NCBI GenBank assembly: GCA_964016885.1
Contig: OZ024740.1
Location: 410,254,001-410,318,000 of the forward strand
Reading direction: 5' to 3'
DNA length: 64,000 nt
Origin: Eledone cirrhosa
Taxonomy: Eukaryota
Part shown: positions 52,552-64,000 of the stretch, in pieces
How positions within the stretch are numbered: the first letter of the stretch is position 1
How the letters are laid out: the number at the start of each line of letters is the position of its first letter
The notes under the pieces: generated by a model
The model's database searches: none
What the model was told of the DNA's origin: nothing
The model's input: the letters and a program-made list of their open reading frames with translations, nothing else
Translations under genes and position numbers: made by a program

Positions 52552-52820
52552 AGATGTATCTCGTTCACTAATACTAAAGACACAAATAAATGCATATACT
52601 AGCATAGAGACAGCTAATGTTCATACAAATTCAAAATGCCAGCGGTAAAATACCTTCTTAGAAGGACATTCAAATACTTCTCGTTAAACTTCACAAGAGA
52701 TAAAGAATTCTACAGAATAAAACTAAAACTAGTCAATAGCGGGTATTCTAAGAAAGTAATTGACCAAGTCGAGCATAAATACAACGCAACAAATATGCCA
52801 GACAATCATTACCAATAACA
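52552..52820 (+). mobile_element. PLE RT thumb-domain fragment
   Basis: 'TKDTNKCIY*HRDS*CSYKFKMPAVKYLLRRTFKY...KEFYRIKLKLVNSGYSKKVIDQV' resembles the PLE K.T....YLH..S..P...K..+..L+.RA...E..RI...L..NGYP motif. Confidence 0.6.
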
Positions 52821-54267
52821 ATAGCCTACAGATAAATTGCTAGTTAGCTTTGATAATGTTTGTTTTTTAGGTAGTTTAGAGCATATTTTGTATGAGCAGA
52901 CAGTGAAGATTGAAGACGAAAGTTTGCTGATGTCAATGATAGATAAAATTGTACGTGTGGGAAGAATTTTGTTATTGAAGCTACCCGGTATTTTCTGTTA
53001 AACTTATGACAAAAGAGTTGTTTGTATGCAGTATTTTGAATTTGTGTTTTATTTTGGAAAGGGGTATGTGTGGCTTACTGATGTTTCTAGAAGGTTTTTG
53101 GAGTGAATAGGAGAGTGAAAGATCTATATGGTTTTAGTTATGTTATTTTGAGTATTTAGTATTGTCATAATTTTCCCAGCTTCTAAATCCTGGGAATTTG
53201 ACAGTATTGGTTCAATTAACTGTAGACGTTAAGTGCAGTGATTCCTCCAGTCCTTGTTTTTAGTCTCTGTGTCTTTTACGTTTTTAGGGTTTCCTATTGC
53301 GTTTTGAGTGTCTGGTGGAAGGAAGGGGTGAAAATCATCGAGTAAATGGGAGGTGCGTATATATCATTGTGTAGTTCATTCTTACGATGTGTGATTTTTG
53401 GTGATAAATATCCGATAATTGTCTGATAAGCCTGTCTGTTAGTTGTGAAAATACGAGTATATTATTTGAAATTGTTATTATAATATTTATTTGTGTAGTT
53501 GTTGATGCTGCTAATCAATTTTTGTAGTATTTTACTGATAGTTTGTGGTTTATGTCGGACTTTATTACAAAGTTTGTAAAAAAAAAAAAAAAGGAATTGT
53601 TTGCCAAGTAATTTTTGTGGTTAGGTCTGTGGAGTTGTAGAATGGTTTTAATTGTGATGGTCTTTTGTTATTTGTACATTTGGAAGCTAGGAGATGTTGG
53701 ATGCATTGAGGTCTCCGTAGTGCTGGCATTAGTGATAATGTTAAAGTGTGTGTAGCTTGTTTGTGTAGCATTAGGCGAACTTTGGTGAGGTCTACTTTCC
53801 TGCTACTTCTGGGTTCAAATTCCACCTAATGGGGTCCAGTACTGGGGATGGTGATTGATATAAGGAATTATATCTTGAAGGCGGTGTTCCAGTATGACAA
53901 CAGTGCAAAGTGTAAAAAATGTTACAAGTGCGAAATAAAAAGGATAGACGTAAAATAGAAAACTGATGGTGATGACGATGATGAAATGAGATCGATGGAA
54001 AATTCAAGTAATCAAATGATGGTAGAATTCGGAATAAGTCGGTGAAAAGGTGAAGGTGTCGAAGACAGATGTACAAAAAAGAAATGAAAATTTGAAATAT
54101 AAAAGAAATAAAAAGGACAAAAAGAGGAAACCAAGGAAGGTGAAAGAAGAAGAGAAGAGAAAGAATGTGTAAATGAAAGAAGATACAGATCAGAAGAAAA
54201 CAAAAAGCGAAGACAGATGAAAAAAATATTTACAACAGCAACAAAATAATAATGATAATAATAATAA

Positions 54268-54485
54268 TAGTTTCTGATTTAGGCACAAGACAAGCAATTT
54301 TAGGGGAGGGGAAAGTCGGTTAAATCGACCCCAGTGCATTACTGGTGCTTTATTTTATCGACCCCGTAAGGATGAAAGGCAAAGCTAACCTCAGCGGGAT
54401 TTGAACTCAGAACGTAAAGGGCCGTAACTGTATGCCGCAAAGCATGGCGTCCGACGCTCTGCCGATACTGCCAATCCACTGCCCT
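54268..54485 (-). mobile_element. SINE family A, longer variant
   Basis: Conserved body plus an extra GGGGAGGGGAAAGTCGGTTAAATCGACC segment; flanked by (AAT)n. Confidence 0.85.
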
Positions 54486-54559
54486 AATAATAATAATAAT
54501 AATGATAATAATAATAATTGTTTCATTTATTGGCCACAAGGGCCATGATATAGGAGACA

Positions 54560-54880
54560 GAGGACGTTGGGCATTGTAGCGTTCCATCCTCTGCAGACGG
54601 GACTGAAGCCAGCCGCCTTGAGGACATCGATGGTCGACCTTGAGGTATCGATGATCGATCCTATCGAAAGCTTACGATTGATCTAAATTGATGCGAGCCC
54701 AACCAAAGCCAGTTTTATACCCTACCCTCTCTATGATGTATCGCATGAGGTGGAGATTGTCATGTATGGACCTGGTAAAGATTTCGCAAGTTTGAGCCTC
54801 ACCTAACAAATCCTCGATGACAAACGCCAACTTCTTCGCTAACACCTTGGCCAGAATCTTAAATTCTGTGTTTAGCATAA
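54560..54880 (-). mobile_element. L1/Tx1-clade LINE RT fragment
   Basis: 'LNTEFKILAKVLAKKLAFVIEDLLGEAQTCEIFTRSIHDNLHLMRYIIE...INLDQS*AFDRIDH'. Confidence 0.75.
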
Positions 54881-54882
54881 AT

Positions 54883-55255
54883 AGAAGAAGAAGAAGAAGA
54901 AGAAGAAGAAGAAGAAGAAGAAGAAGAAGAAGAAGAAGAAGAAGAAGAAGGAGTAGAAGAAGCAGGAGGGGGAGAAGAAGAAGAAGAAGAAGAAGAAGAA
55001 GAAGAAGAAGAAGAAGAAGAAGAAGAAGAAGAAGAAGGAGAAGAAGGAGGAGAAGCAGAAGGAGGAGGAGAAGAAGAAGAAGGTGAAGAAGAAGAAGAAG
55101 AAGACGAAGAAGAAGAAGAAGAAGAAGAAGAAGAAGAAAGAGAAGAAGAAGAAGAAGAAGGAGAAGAAGAAGCAGAAGGAGGAGGAGAAGAAGAAAGATG
55201 GAGAAGGAGAAGAAAAAGCAGAAGGAGGAGGAGAAGAAAAAGATGAAGGAGAAAG
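54883..55255. repeat. (GAA)n microsatellite, degenerate toward the 3' side
   Basis: Directly visible. Confidence 0.95.
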
Positions 55256-55315
55256 TGGTTGCAGTGATGCTGAAGATGATGAAATAATTTAAGAGGACTT
55301 AATGAGGAAAACAAT

Positions 55316-55495
55316 AATTGTTTCTACTTTAGGCACAAGGCCAGCAATTACCCAGTGCATTACTGGTACTTTATTTTATCGACCCCGTAAGGATGAAAGG
55401 CAAAGTCAACCTCGGCGGGATTTGAATTCAAATCGTAAAGGGACGTAACTATGCTGGAAAAGCATGGCGTCCGACCCTCTACCGATACTGCCAAT
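55316..55495 (-). mobile_element. SINE family A
   Basis: Conserved body, tail and tRNA-like head. Confidence 0.85.
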
Positions 55496-55522
55496 GAGGA
55501 GAACAATAATAAGCAATAATAA

Positions 55523-55865
55523 GTGATGATGATGATGATGGCGATGATGATGGTAATGATGATGGTGATGATGATGATGATGATGGCGATGATGATGGTG
55601 GTGATGATGATGATGATGATGATGGTGATGGTGATGATAACGATGGTGATGATGACGTTGGTGATGATGATGGTGAGGATGGTGATGATGATGGTGATGA
55701 TGGGGACGATGATGATGGTGATGATGATGATGGTGACGATGATGGTGATGATGATGATGATGGTGATGGTAATGATGACGATGGTGGGGATGATAATGAT
55801 GATGGTGATGATGACGATGGTCATGATGATGACGTTGGTGATGATGATGATGGTGATGGTGATGA
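55523..55865. repeat. (GAT/GGT)n trinucleotide tract
   Basis: Directly visible. Confidence 0.95.
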
Positions 55866-56071
55866 AGGAGTGAGGTAGAAGAAGAAAGCATATATTTAGA
55901 AGGAGGGAGGTAATATGGAGGGGAATAGAAAACCACTAAGAGTAGTACTAGAGAAAGATTTTAACGGGAAGGAATATAAGAGAAGATATTTATAAGTTGA
56001 AGCAGAGGGGGAAGGAAAACAGGAGGAAGGAGAAGAAGAGGAAAGATGAAAATTGAATTATTTCAAAATAC

Positions 56072-59000
56072 GAGAAGAAGAAAGAATATATTTAGAAGGA
56101 GTAAGGTAGAAGAAGAAAGAATATATTTAGAAGGAGTAAGGTACAAGAAGAAAGAAGATATTTAGAAGGAGTAAGGTAGAAGAAGTAAGAAGATATCTAC
56201 AAGGAGTGAGGGAGAAGAAGAAAGAATATATTTAGAATGAGTGAGGGAGAAGAAAGAATATATTTTGAAGGAGTGAGGGAGAAGAAGAAAGAATATAATT
56301 AGAAAGAGTGAGGCAGAAGAAGAAAGAAGATATTTAGAAGGAGTGAGGGAAAGAAGAAAGAATATATTTAGAAGGAGTGAGGGAAAAGAAGAAAGAATAT
56401 ATTTAGAAAGAGTGAGACAGAAGAAGAAAGAATATATTTAGAAGGAGCAAGGGAGAAGAAGAAATAATATATTTAGAAGGAGTGAGGGAGAACAAGAAAG
56501 AATATATTTAGAAGGAGTGAGGCAGAAGGAGAAAGAATATATTTAGCAGGAGTGAGGCAGAAGAAGAAACAATATATTTAGAAGGAGTTAGGCAGAAGAA
56601 GAAAGAATATATTCAGAAGGAGTGAGGCAGAAGAAGAAAGAATATATTTAGAAGGAGTGAGGCAGAAGAAGAAAGAATATATTTAGCAGGAGTGAGGCAG
56701 AAGAGGAACGAATATATTCAGAAGGAGTGAGGCAGAAGAAAAAAGAATATATTTAGAAGGAGTAAGGCAGAAGAAGAAAGAATTTATTTAGAAGGAGTGA
56801 GGCAGAAGAAGAAAGAATATATTTAGAAGGAGTAAGGCAGAAGAAGAAAGAATATATTTAGAAGGAGTGAGGCAGAAGAGGAACGAATATATTTAGAAGG
56901 ACTAAGGCAGAAGAATGAATATATTTAGAAAGAGTGAGACAGAAGAAGAAAAAATATATTTAGAAGGAGTGAGGCAGAAGTGGAACGAATATATTTATAA
57001 GGAGTAAGGCAGAAGAAAGAATATATTTAGAAAGAGTGAGACAGAAGAAAAAAAATATTTAGAAGGAGTGAGGGAGAAGAAAGAATATATTTAGAAGGAG
57101 TGAGGGAGAAGGATTAAGAATATATTTAGAAGGAGTGAGGCAGAAGAAGAAAGAAGATATTTAGAAGGAGTGAGGGAGAAGAAGAAAGAATATATTTAGA
57201 AGGAGTGAGGCAGAAGAAGAAAGAATATATTTAGAATGAGTGAGGGAGAAGAAAGAATATATTTAGAAGGAGTAAGGCAGAAGAAAGAATATATTTAGAA
57301 GGAGTAAGGCAGAAGAATATATTTAGAAAGAGTGAGACAGAAGAAGAAAGAATATATTTAGAAGGAGTGAGGGAGAAGAAGAAAGAATATATTTAGAAGG
57401 AGTGAGTCAGAAGAAGAAAGAATATATTTAGAAGGAGTAAGGCAGAAGAAAGAATATATTTAGAAAGAGTGAGACAGAAGAAGAAAGAATATATTTAGAA
57501 GGAGTGAGGGAGAAGAAGACAGAATATGTTTAGAAAGAGTGAGGCAGAAGAATAATGAATATATTTAGAAGGAGTGAGGGAGAAGAAAAAAGAATATATT
57601 TAGAAGGAGTGAGGCAGAAGAAGAAAGAACATATTTAGAAGGAGTAAGGGAGAGAAAAAGAATATATTTAGAAAGAGTGAGACAAAAGAAGAAAGAATAT
57701 ATTTAGAAGGAGTGAGGGAGAAGAAGAAAGAATATATTGAGAGGGAGTGAGGGAGAAGAAAGAATATATTTAGAAAGAGTGAGACTGAAGAAGAAAGAAT
57801 ATATTTAGAAGGAGTGAGGGAGAAGAAGAAAGAATATATTTAGAAGGAGTGAGGCAGAAGAAGAAAGAATATATTTAGAAGGAGTGAGGCAGAAGAAGAA
57901 AGAATATATTTAGAAGATGTGAGGGAGAAGAGGAAAGAATATATTTAGAAGGAGTGAGGCAGAAGAAAGCATAGATTTAGAAAGAGTGAGACAGAAGAAG
58001 AAATAATATATTTAGAAGGTATAAGGCAGAAGAAAGAATATATTTAGAAGGAGTGAGGCAGAAGAAGAAAGAATATTTTTAGAAAGAGTGAGGCAGAAGA
58101 ATAAAGAATATATTTAGAAGGAGTGACGCAGAAGAAAGAATATATTTAGAAGGAGTGAGGGAGAAGAAGAAAGAATATATTTAGAAGAAGAAAGGTAGGA
58201 CAAAGAATATATTTAGAAAGAGTGAGACAGAAGAAGAAAGAATATATTTATAAGGAGTGACGGAGAAGAAGAAATAATATATTTAGAAGGAGTGAAGCAG
58301 AAGAAGAAAGAATATATTTAGAAGGAGTTAGGGAGAAGGAAGAATATATTTAGAAAGAGTGAGACAGAAGAAGAAAGAATATATTTAGAAGGAGTGAGGG
58401 AGAAGAGGAAATAATATATTTAGAAGGAGTGAGGGAGAAGAAGAAAGAATATATTTAGAAGGAGTGAGGCAGAAGAAGAAAGAATATATTTAGAAGGAGT
58501 AAGGGAGAGAAAAAGAATATATTTAGAAAGAGTAAGACAAAAGAAGAAAGAATATATTTAGAAGGTATAAGGCAGAAGAAAGAATATATTGAGAGGGAGT
58601 GAGGGAGAGGAAGAAAGAATATATTTAGAAGGAGTGAGGTAGAAGGAGAAAGAATATATTTAGAAGAAGTAAGGTAGAAGAAAGAATATATTTAGAAAGA
58701 GTGAGACAGAAGAAGAAAGAATATATTTAGAAGGTATAAGGCAGAAGAAAGAATATATTTAGAAGGAGTGAGGCAGAAGAAGAAAGAATATATTTAGAAG
58801 GAGTGAGGGAGAAGAAGAAAGAATATATTTAGAAACAGTGAGGGAAAAGAAGTAATAATATATTTAGAAAGAGTGAGACAGAAGACGAAAGAATATATTT
58901 AGAAGAAGTAAGGGAGAAGAAGAAAGAATATATTTAGAAGGAGTGAGGGAGAAGAAGAAAGAATATATTTAGAAGGAGTGAGGCAGAAGGAGAAAGAATA

Positions 59001-62000
59001 TATTTAGCAGGAGTGAGGCAGAAGAAGAAACAATATATTGAGAAGGAGTTAGGCAGAAGAAGAAAGAAAATATTTAGCAGGAGTGAGGCAGAAGAAGAAA
59101 GAATATATTTAGAAGGAGTAAGGCAGGAGAAGAAAGAATATATTTAGAAGGAGTGAGGCAGAAGAAGAAAGAATATATTCAGAAGGAGTGAGGCAGAAGA
59201 AGAAAGAATATATTCAGAAGGAGTGAGGCAGAAGAATAAAGAATATATTTAGCAGGAGTGAGGCAGAAGAAGAGAGAATATATTTAGAAGGAGTAAGGCA
59301 GAAGAAGAAAGAATATTTTTAGAAAGAGTGAGGCAGAAGAATAAAGAATATATTTAGAAGGAGTGAGGCAGAAGAAGAAAGAATTTATTTAGAAGGGGTG
59401 AGACAGAAGAAGAAAGAATATATTTAGAAGGTGTGAGGGAGAAGAAGAAAGAATATATTTAGAAGGAGTGAGGCAGAAGAAGAAAGAATATATTTAGAAA
59501 GGGTGAGGCAGAAGAAAGAATATATTTAGAAGGAGTGAGGGAGAAGAAGAAAGAATATATTTAGAAGAAGAAAGGTAGGACAAAGAATATATTTAGAAAG
59601 AGTGAGACAGAAGAAGAAAGAATATATTTAGAAGGAGTGACGGAGAAGAAGAAATAATATATTTAGAAGGAGTGAAGCAGAAGAAGAAAGAATATATTTA
59701 GAAGGAGTTAGGGAGAAGGAAGAATATATTTGAAAGAGTGAGACAGAAGAAGAAAGAATATATTTAGAAGGAGTGAGGGAGAAGAGGAAATAATATATTT
59801 AGAAAGAGTGAGGGAGAAGAAGAAAGAATATATTTAGAAGGAGTAAGGCAGAAGAAGAAAGAATTTATTTAGAAGGAGTGAGGCAGAAGAAGAAAGAATA
59901 TATTTAGAAGGAGTAAGGCAGAAGAAGAAAGAATATATTTAGAAGGAGTGAGGCAGAAGAAGAAAGAATATATTCAGAAGGAGCGAGGCAGAAGAAGAAA
60001 GAATATATTTAGCAGGAGTGAGGCAGAAGAAGAAAGAATATATTTAGAAGGAGTAAGGCAGAAGAAGAATGAATATATTTAGAAGGAGTGAGGCAGAAGA
60101 TGAACGAATATATTTAGAAGGAGTAAGGCAGAAGAATGAATATATTTAGAAAGAGTGAGACAGAAGAAGAAAAAATATATTTAGAAGGAGTGAGGCAGAA
60201 GTGGAACGAATATATTTATAAGGAGTAAGGCAGAAGAAAGAATATATTTAGAAAGAGTGAGACAGAAGAAAAAAAATATTTAGAAGGAGTGAGGGAGAAG
60301 AAAGAATATATTTAGAAGGAGTGAGGGAGAAGGATTAAGAATATATTTAGAAGGAGTGAGGCAGAAGAAGAAAGAATATATTTAGAATGAGTGAGGGAGA
60401 AGAAAGAATATATTTAGAAGGAGTAAGGCAGAAGAAAGAATATATTTAGAAAGAGTGAGACAGAAGAAGAAAGAATATATTTAGAAGGAGTGAGGGAGAA
60501 GAAGAAAGAATATATTTAGAAGGAGTGAGGCAGAAGAAGAAAGAATATATTTAGAAGGAGTGAGTCAGAAGAAGAAAGAATATATTTAGAAGGAGTAAGG
60601 CAGAAGAAAGAATATATTTAGAAAGAGTGAGACAGAAGAAGAAAGAATATATTTAGAAGGAGTGAGGGAGAAGAAGACAGAATATGTTTAGAAAGAGTGA
60701 GGCAGAAGAATAATGAATATATTTAGAAGGAGTGAGGGAGAAGAAAAAAGAATATATTTAGAAGGAGTGAGGCAGAAGAAGAAAGAACATATTTAGAAGG
60801 AGTAAGGGAGAGAAAAAGAATATATTTAGAAAGAGTGAGACAAAAGAAGAAAGAATATATTTAGAAGGAGTGAGGGAGAAGAAGAAAGAATATATTGAGA
60901 GGGAGTGAGGGAGAAGAAAGAATATATTTAGAAAGAGTGAGACTGAAGAAGAAAGAATATATTTAGATGGAGTGAGGGAGAAGAAGAAAGAATATATTTT
61001 GAAGGAGTGAGGCAGAAGAAGAAAGAATATATTTAGAAGGAGTGAGGCAGAAGAAGAAAGAATATATTTAGAAGATGTGAGGGAGAAGAGGAAAGAATAT
61101 ATTTAGAAGGAGTGAGGCAGAAGAAAGCATATATTTAGAAAGAGTGAGACAGAAGAAGAAATAATATATTTAGAAGGTATAAGGCAGAAGAAAGAATATA
61201 TTTAGAAGGAGTGAGGCAGAAGAAGAAAGAATATTTTTAGAAAGAGTGAGGCAGAAGAATAAAGAATATATTTAGAAGGAGTGACGCAGAAGAAAGAATA
61301 TATTTAGAAGGAGTGAGGGAGAAGAAGAAAGAATATATTTAGAAGAAGAAAGGTAGGACAAAGAATATATTTAGAAAGAGTGAGACAGAAGAAGAAAGAA
61401 TATATTTATAAGGAGTGACGGAGAAGAAGAAATAATATATTTAGAAGGAGTGAAGCAGAAGAAGAAAGAATATATTTAGAAGGAGTTAGGGAGAAGGAAG
61501 AATATATTTAGAAAGAGTGAGACAGAAGAAGAAAGAATATATTTAGAAGGAGTGAGGGAGAAGAGGAAATAATATATTTAGAAGGAGTGAGGGAGAAGAA
61601 GAAAGAATATATTTAGAAGGAGTGAGGCAGAAGAAGAAAGAATATATTTAGAAGGAGTAAGGGAGAGAAAAAGAATATATTTAGAAAGAGTAAGACAAAA
61701 GAAGAAAGAATATATTTAGAAGGTATAAGGCAGAAGAAAGAATATATTGAGAGGGAGTTAGGGAGAGGAAGAAAGAATATATTTAGAAGGAGTGAGGTAG
61801 AAGGAGAAAGAATATATTTAGAAGAAGTAAGGTAGAAGAAAGAATATATTTAGAAAGAGTGAGACAGAAGAAGAAAGAATATATTTAGAAGGTATAAGGC
61901 AGAAGAAAGAATATATTTAGAAGGAGTGAGGGAGAAGAAGAAAGAATATATTTAGAAGGAGTGAGGCAGAAGGAGAAAGAATATATTTAGCAGGAGTGAG

Positions 62001-64000
62001 GCAGAAGAAGAAACAATATATTGAGAAGGAGTTAGGCAGAAGGAGAAAGAAAATATTTAGCAGGAGTGAGGCAGAAGAAGAAAGAATATATTTAGAAGGA
62101 GTAAGGCAGGAGAAGAAAGAATATATTTAGAAGGATTGAGACAGAAGAAGAAAGAATATATTCAGAAGGAGTGAGGCAGAAAAAGAAAGAATACATTTAG
62201 AAGGAGTGAGGCAGAAGAAGAAAGAATATATTTAGCAGGAGTGAGGCAGAAGCGGAACGAATATATTTAGAAGGAGTAAGGCAGAAGAAAGAATATATTT
62301 AGAAAGAGTGAGACAGAAGAAGAAAAAATATATTTAGAAGGAGTGAGGCAGAAGAAGAAAGAATATATTTAGCAGGAGTGAGGCAGAAGAAGAAAGAATA
62401 TATTTAGACGGAGTGAGGCAGAAGGAGAAAGAATATATTTAGCAGGAGTGAGGCAGAAGAAGAAAGAATATATTTAGAAGGAGTAAGGCAGAAGAAGAAA
62501 GAATATATTTAGAAGGAGTGAGGCAGAAGAAGAAAGAATATATTTAGAAGGAGTGAGGCAGAAGAAGAAAGAATATATTCAGAAGGAGTGAGGCAGAAGA
62601 AGAAAGAATATATTTAGCAGGAGTGAGGCAGAAGAAGAAAGAATATATTTAGAAGGAGTGAGGGAGAAGAAAGAATATATTTAGAAAGAGTGAGACAGCA
62701 GAAGAAAGAATATATTTAGAAGGAGTGATGGAGAAGAAGAAAGAATATATTTAGAAGGAGTGAGGGAGAAGAAAGAATTTATTTAGAAGGGGTGAGACAG
62801 AAGAAGAAAGAATATATTTAGAAGGAGTGAGGGAGAAGAAGAAAGAATATATTTAGAAGGAGTGAGGCAGAAGAAGAAAGAATATATTTAGAAAGGGTGA
62901 GGCAGAAGAAAGAATATATTTAGAAGGAGTGAGGGAGAAGAAGAAAGAATATATTTAGAAGAAGAAAGGTAGGACAAAGAATATATTTAGAAGGAGTTAG
63001 GGAGAAGGAAGAATATATTTGAAAGAGTGAGGCAGAAGAAGAAAGAATATATTTAGAAGGAGTAAGGGAGAGAAAAAGAATATATTTAGAAAGAGTAAGA
63101 CAAAAGAAGAAAGAATATATTTAGAAGGTATAAGGCAGAAGAAAGAATATATTGAGAGGGAGTGAGGGAGAGGAAGAAAGAATATATTTAGAAGGAGTGA
63201 GGTAGAAGGAGAAAGAATATATTTAGAAGAAGTAAGGTAGAAGAAAGAATATATTTAGAAAGAGTGAGACAGAAGAAGAAAGAATATATTTAGAAGGTAT
63301 AAGGCAGAAGAAAGAATATATTGAGAGGGAGTGAGGTAGAAGAAGAAAGAATATATTAAGAAGGAGTGAGGCAGAAGAAGAAAGAATATATTTAGAAGGA
63401 GTGAGGCAGAAGAAGAAAGAATATATTTAGCAGGAGTGAGGCAGAAGCGGAACGAATATATTTAGAAGGGGTAAGGCAGAAGAAAGAATATATTAAGAAA
63501 GAGTGAGACAGAAGAAGAAAAAATATATTTAGAAGGAGTGAGGCAGAAGAAGAAAGAATATATTTAGCAGGAGTGAGGCAGAAGAAGAAAGAATATATTT
63601 AGACGGAGTGAGGCAGAAGGAGAAAGAATATATTTAGCAGGAGTGAGGCAGAAGAAGAAAGAATATATTTAGAAGGAGTTAGGCAGAAGAAGAAAGAATA
63701 TATTTAGAAGGAGTGAGGCAGAAGAAGAAAGAATATATTTAGAAGGAGTGAGGCAGAAGAAGAAAGAATATATTTAGAAGAAGAAAGGTAGGACAAAGAA
63801 TATATTTAGAAGGAGTTAGGGAGAAGGAAGAATATATTTGAAAGAGTGAGGCAGAAGAAGAAAGAATATATTTAGAAGGAGTAAGGGAGAGAAAAAGAAT
63901 ATATTTAGAAAGAGTAAGACAAAAGAAGAAAGAATATATTTAGAAGGTATAAGGCAGAAGAAAGAATATATTGAGAGGGAGTGAGGGAGAGGAAGAAAGA
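56072..64000. repeat. Purine-rich minisatellite, 35-bp unit with a 32-bp variant, running off the window end
   Basis: Consensus AGAAGAAGAAAGAATATATTTAGAAGGAGTGAGGC, of which 28/35 bases are purines. Confidence 0.97.

Noticed and set aside
52830-53900. Old LINE ORF1/APE endonuclease remnant on the minus strand
   Set aside because: The A/C-rich strand bias suggests a retroelement, but no diagnostic motif could be read.

Overview
Eukaryotic, AT-rich, repeat-dominated DNA. The SINE families, the dense (TA)n/(CA)n microsatellites and the Penelope-like elements (PLEs) are most consistent with a cephalopod (octopus) genome, which is an inference. I found no convincing host protein-coding exon and no CRISPR array. 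The first 36 kb is a retroelement graveyard. It holds one apparently intact Naiad-type PLE (737-aa RT + GIY-YIG ORF, an intact hammerhead ribozyme and an inverted terminal segment, inserted in (TA)n) and a frameshifted GC-rich Neptune-type PLE. It also holds about a dozen further PLE terminal remnants with intact or degenerate hammerhead motifs, often as fold-back inverted repeats. Other elements there are fragments of CR1/L2-like, CRE-like, R4/Dong-like and RTE LINEs, many tRNA-derived SINEs and a mariner MITE. Positions 36.1-52.6 kb are a 64/66-bp, palindrome- and CpG-rich satellite containing a 2788-bp higher-order duplication; a tRNA-like cloverleaf precedes it and a PLE RT fragment abuts its end. 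A Tx1-like RT fragment and (GAA)n/(GAT)n tracts follow, and from about 56.1 kb to the end lies a purine-rich 35/32-bp minisatellite. All coordinates were read by eye and are approximate.
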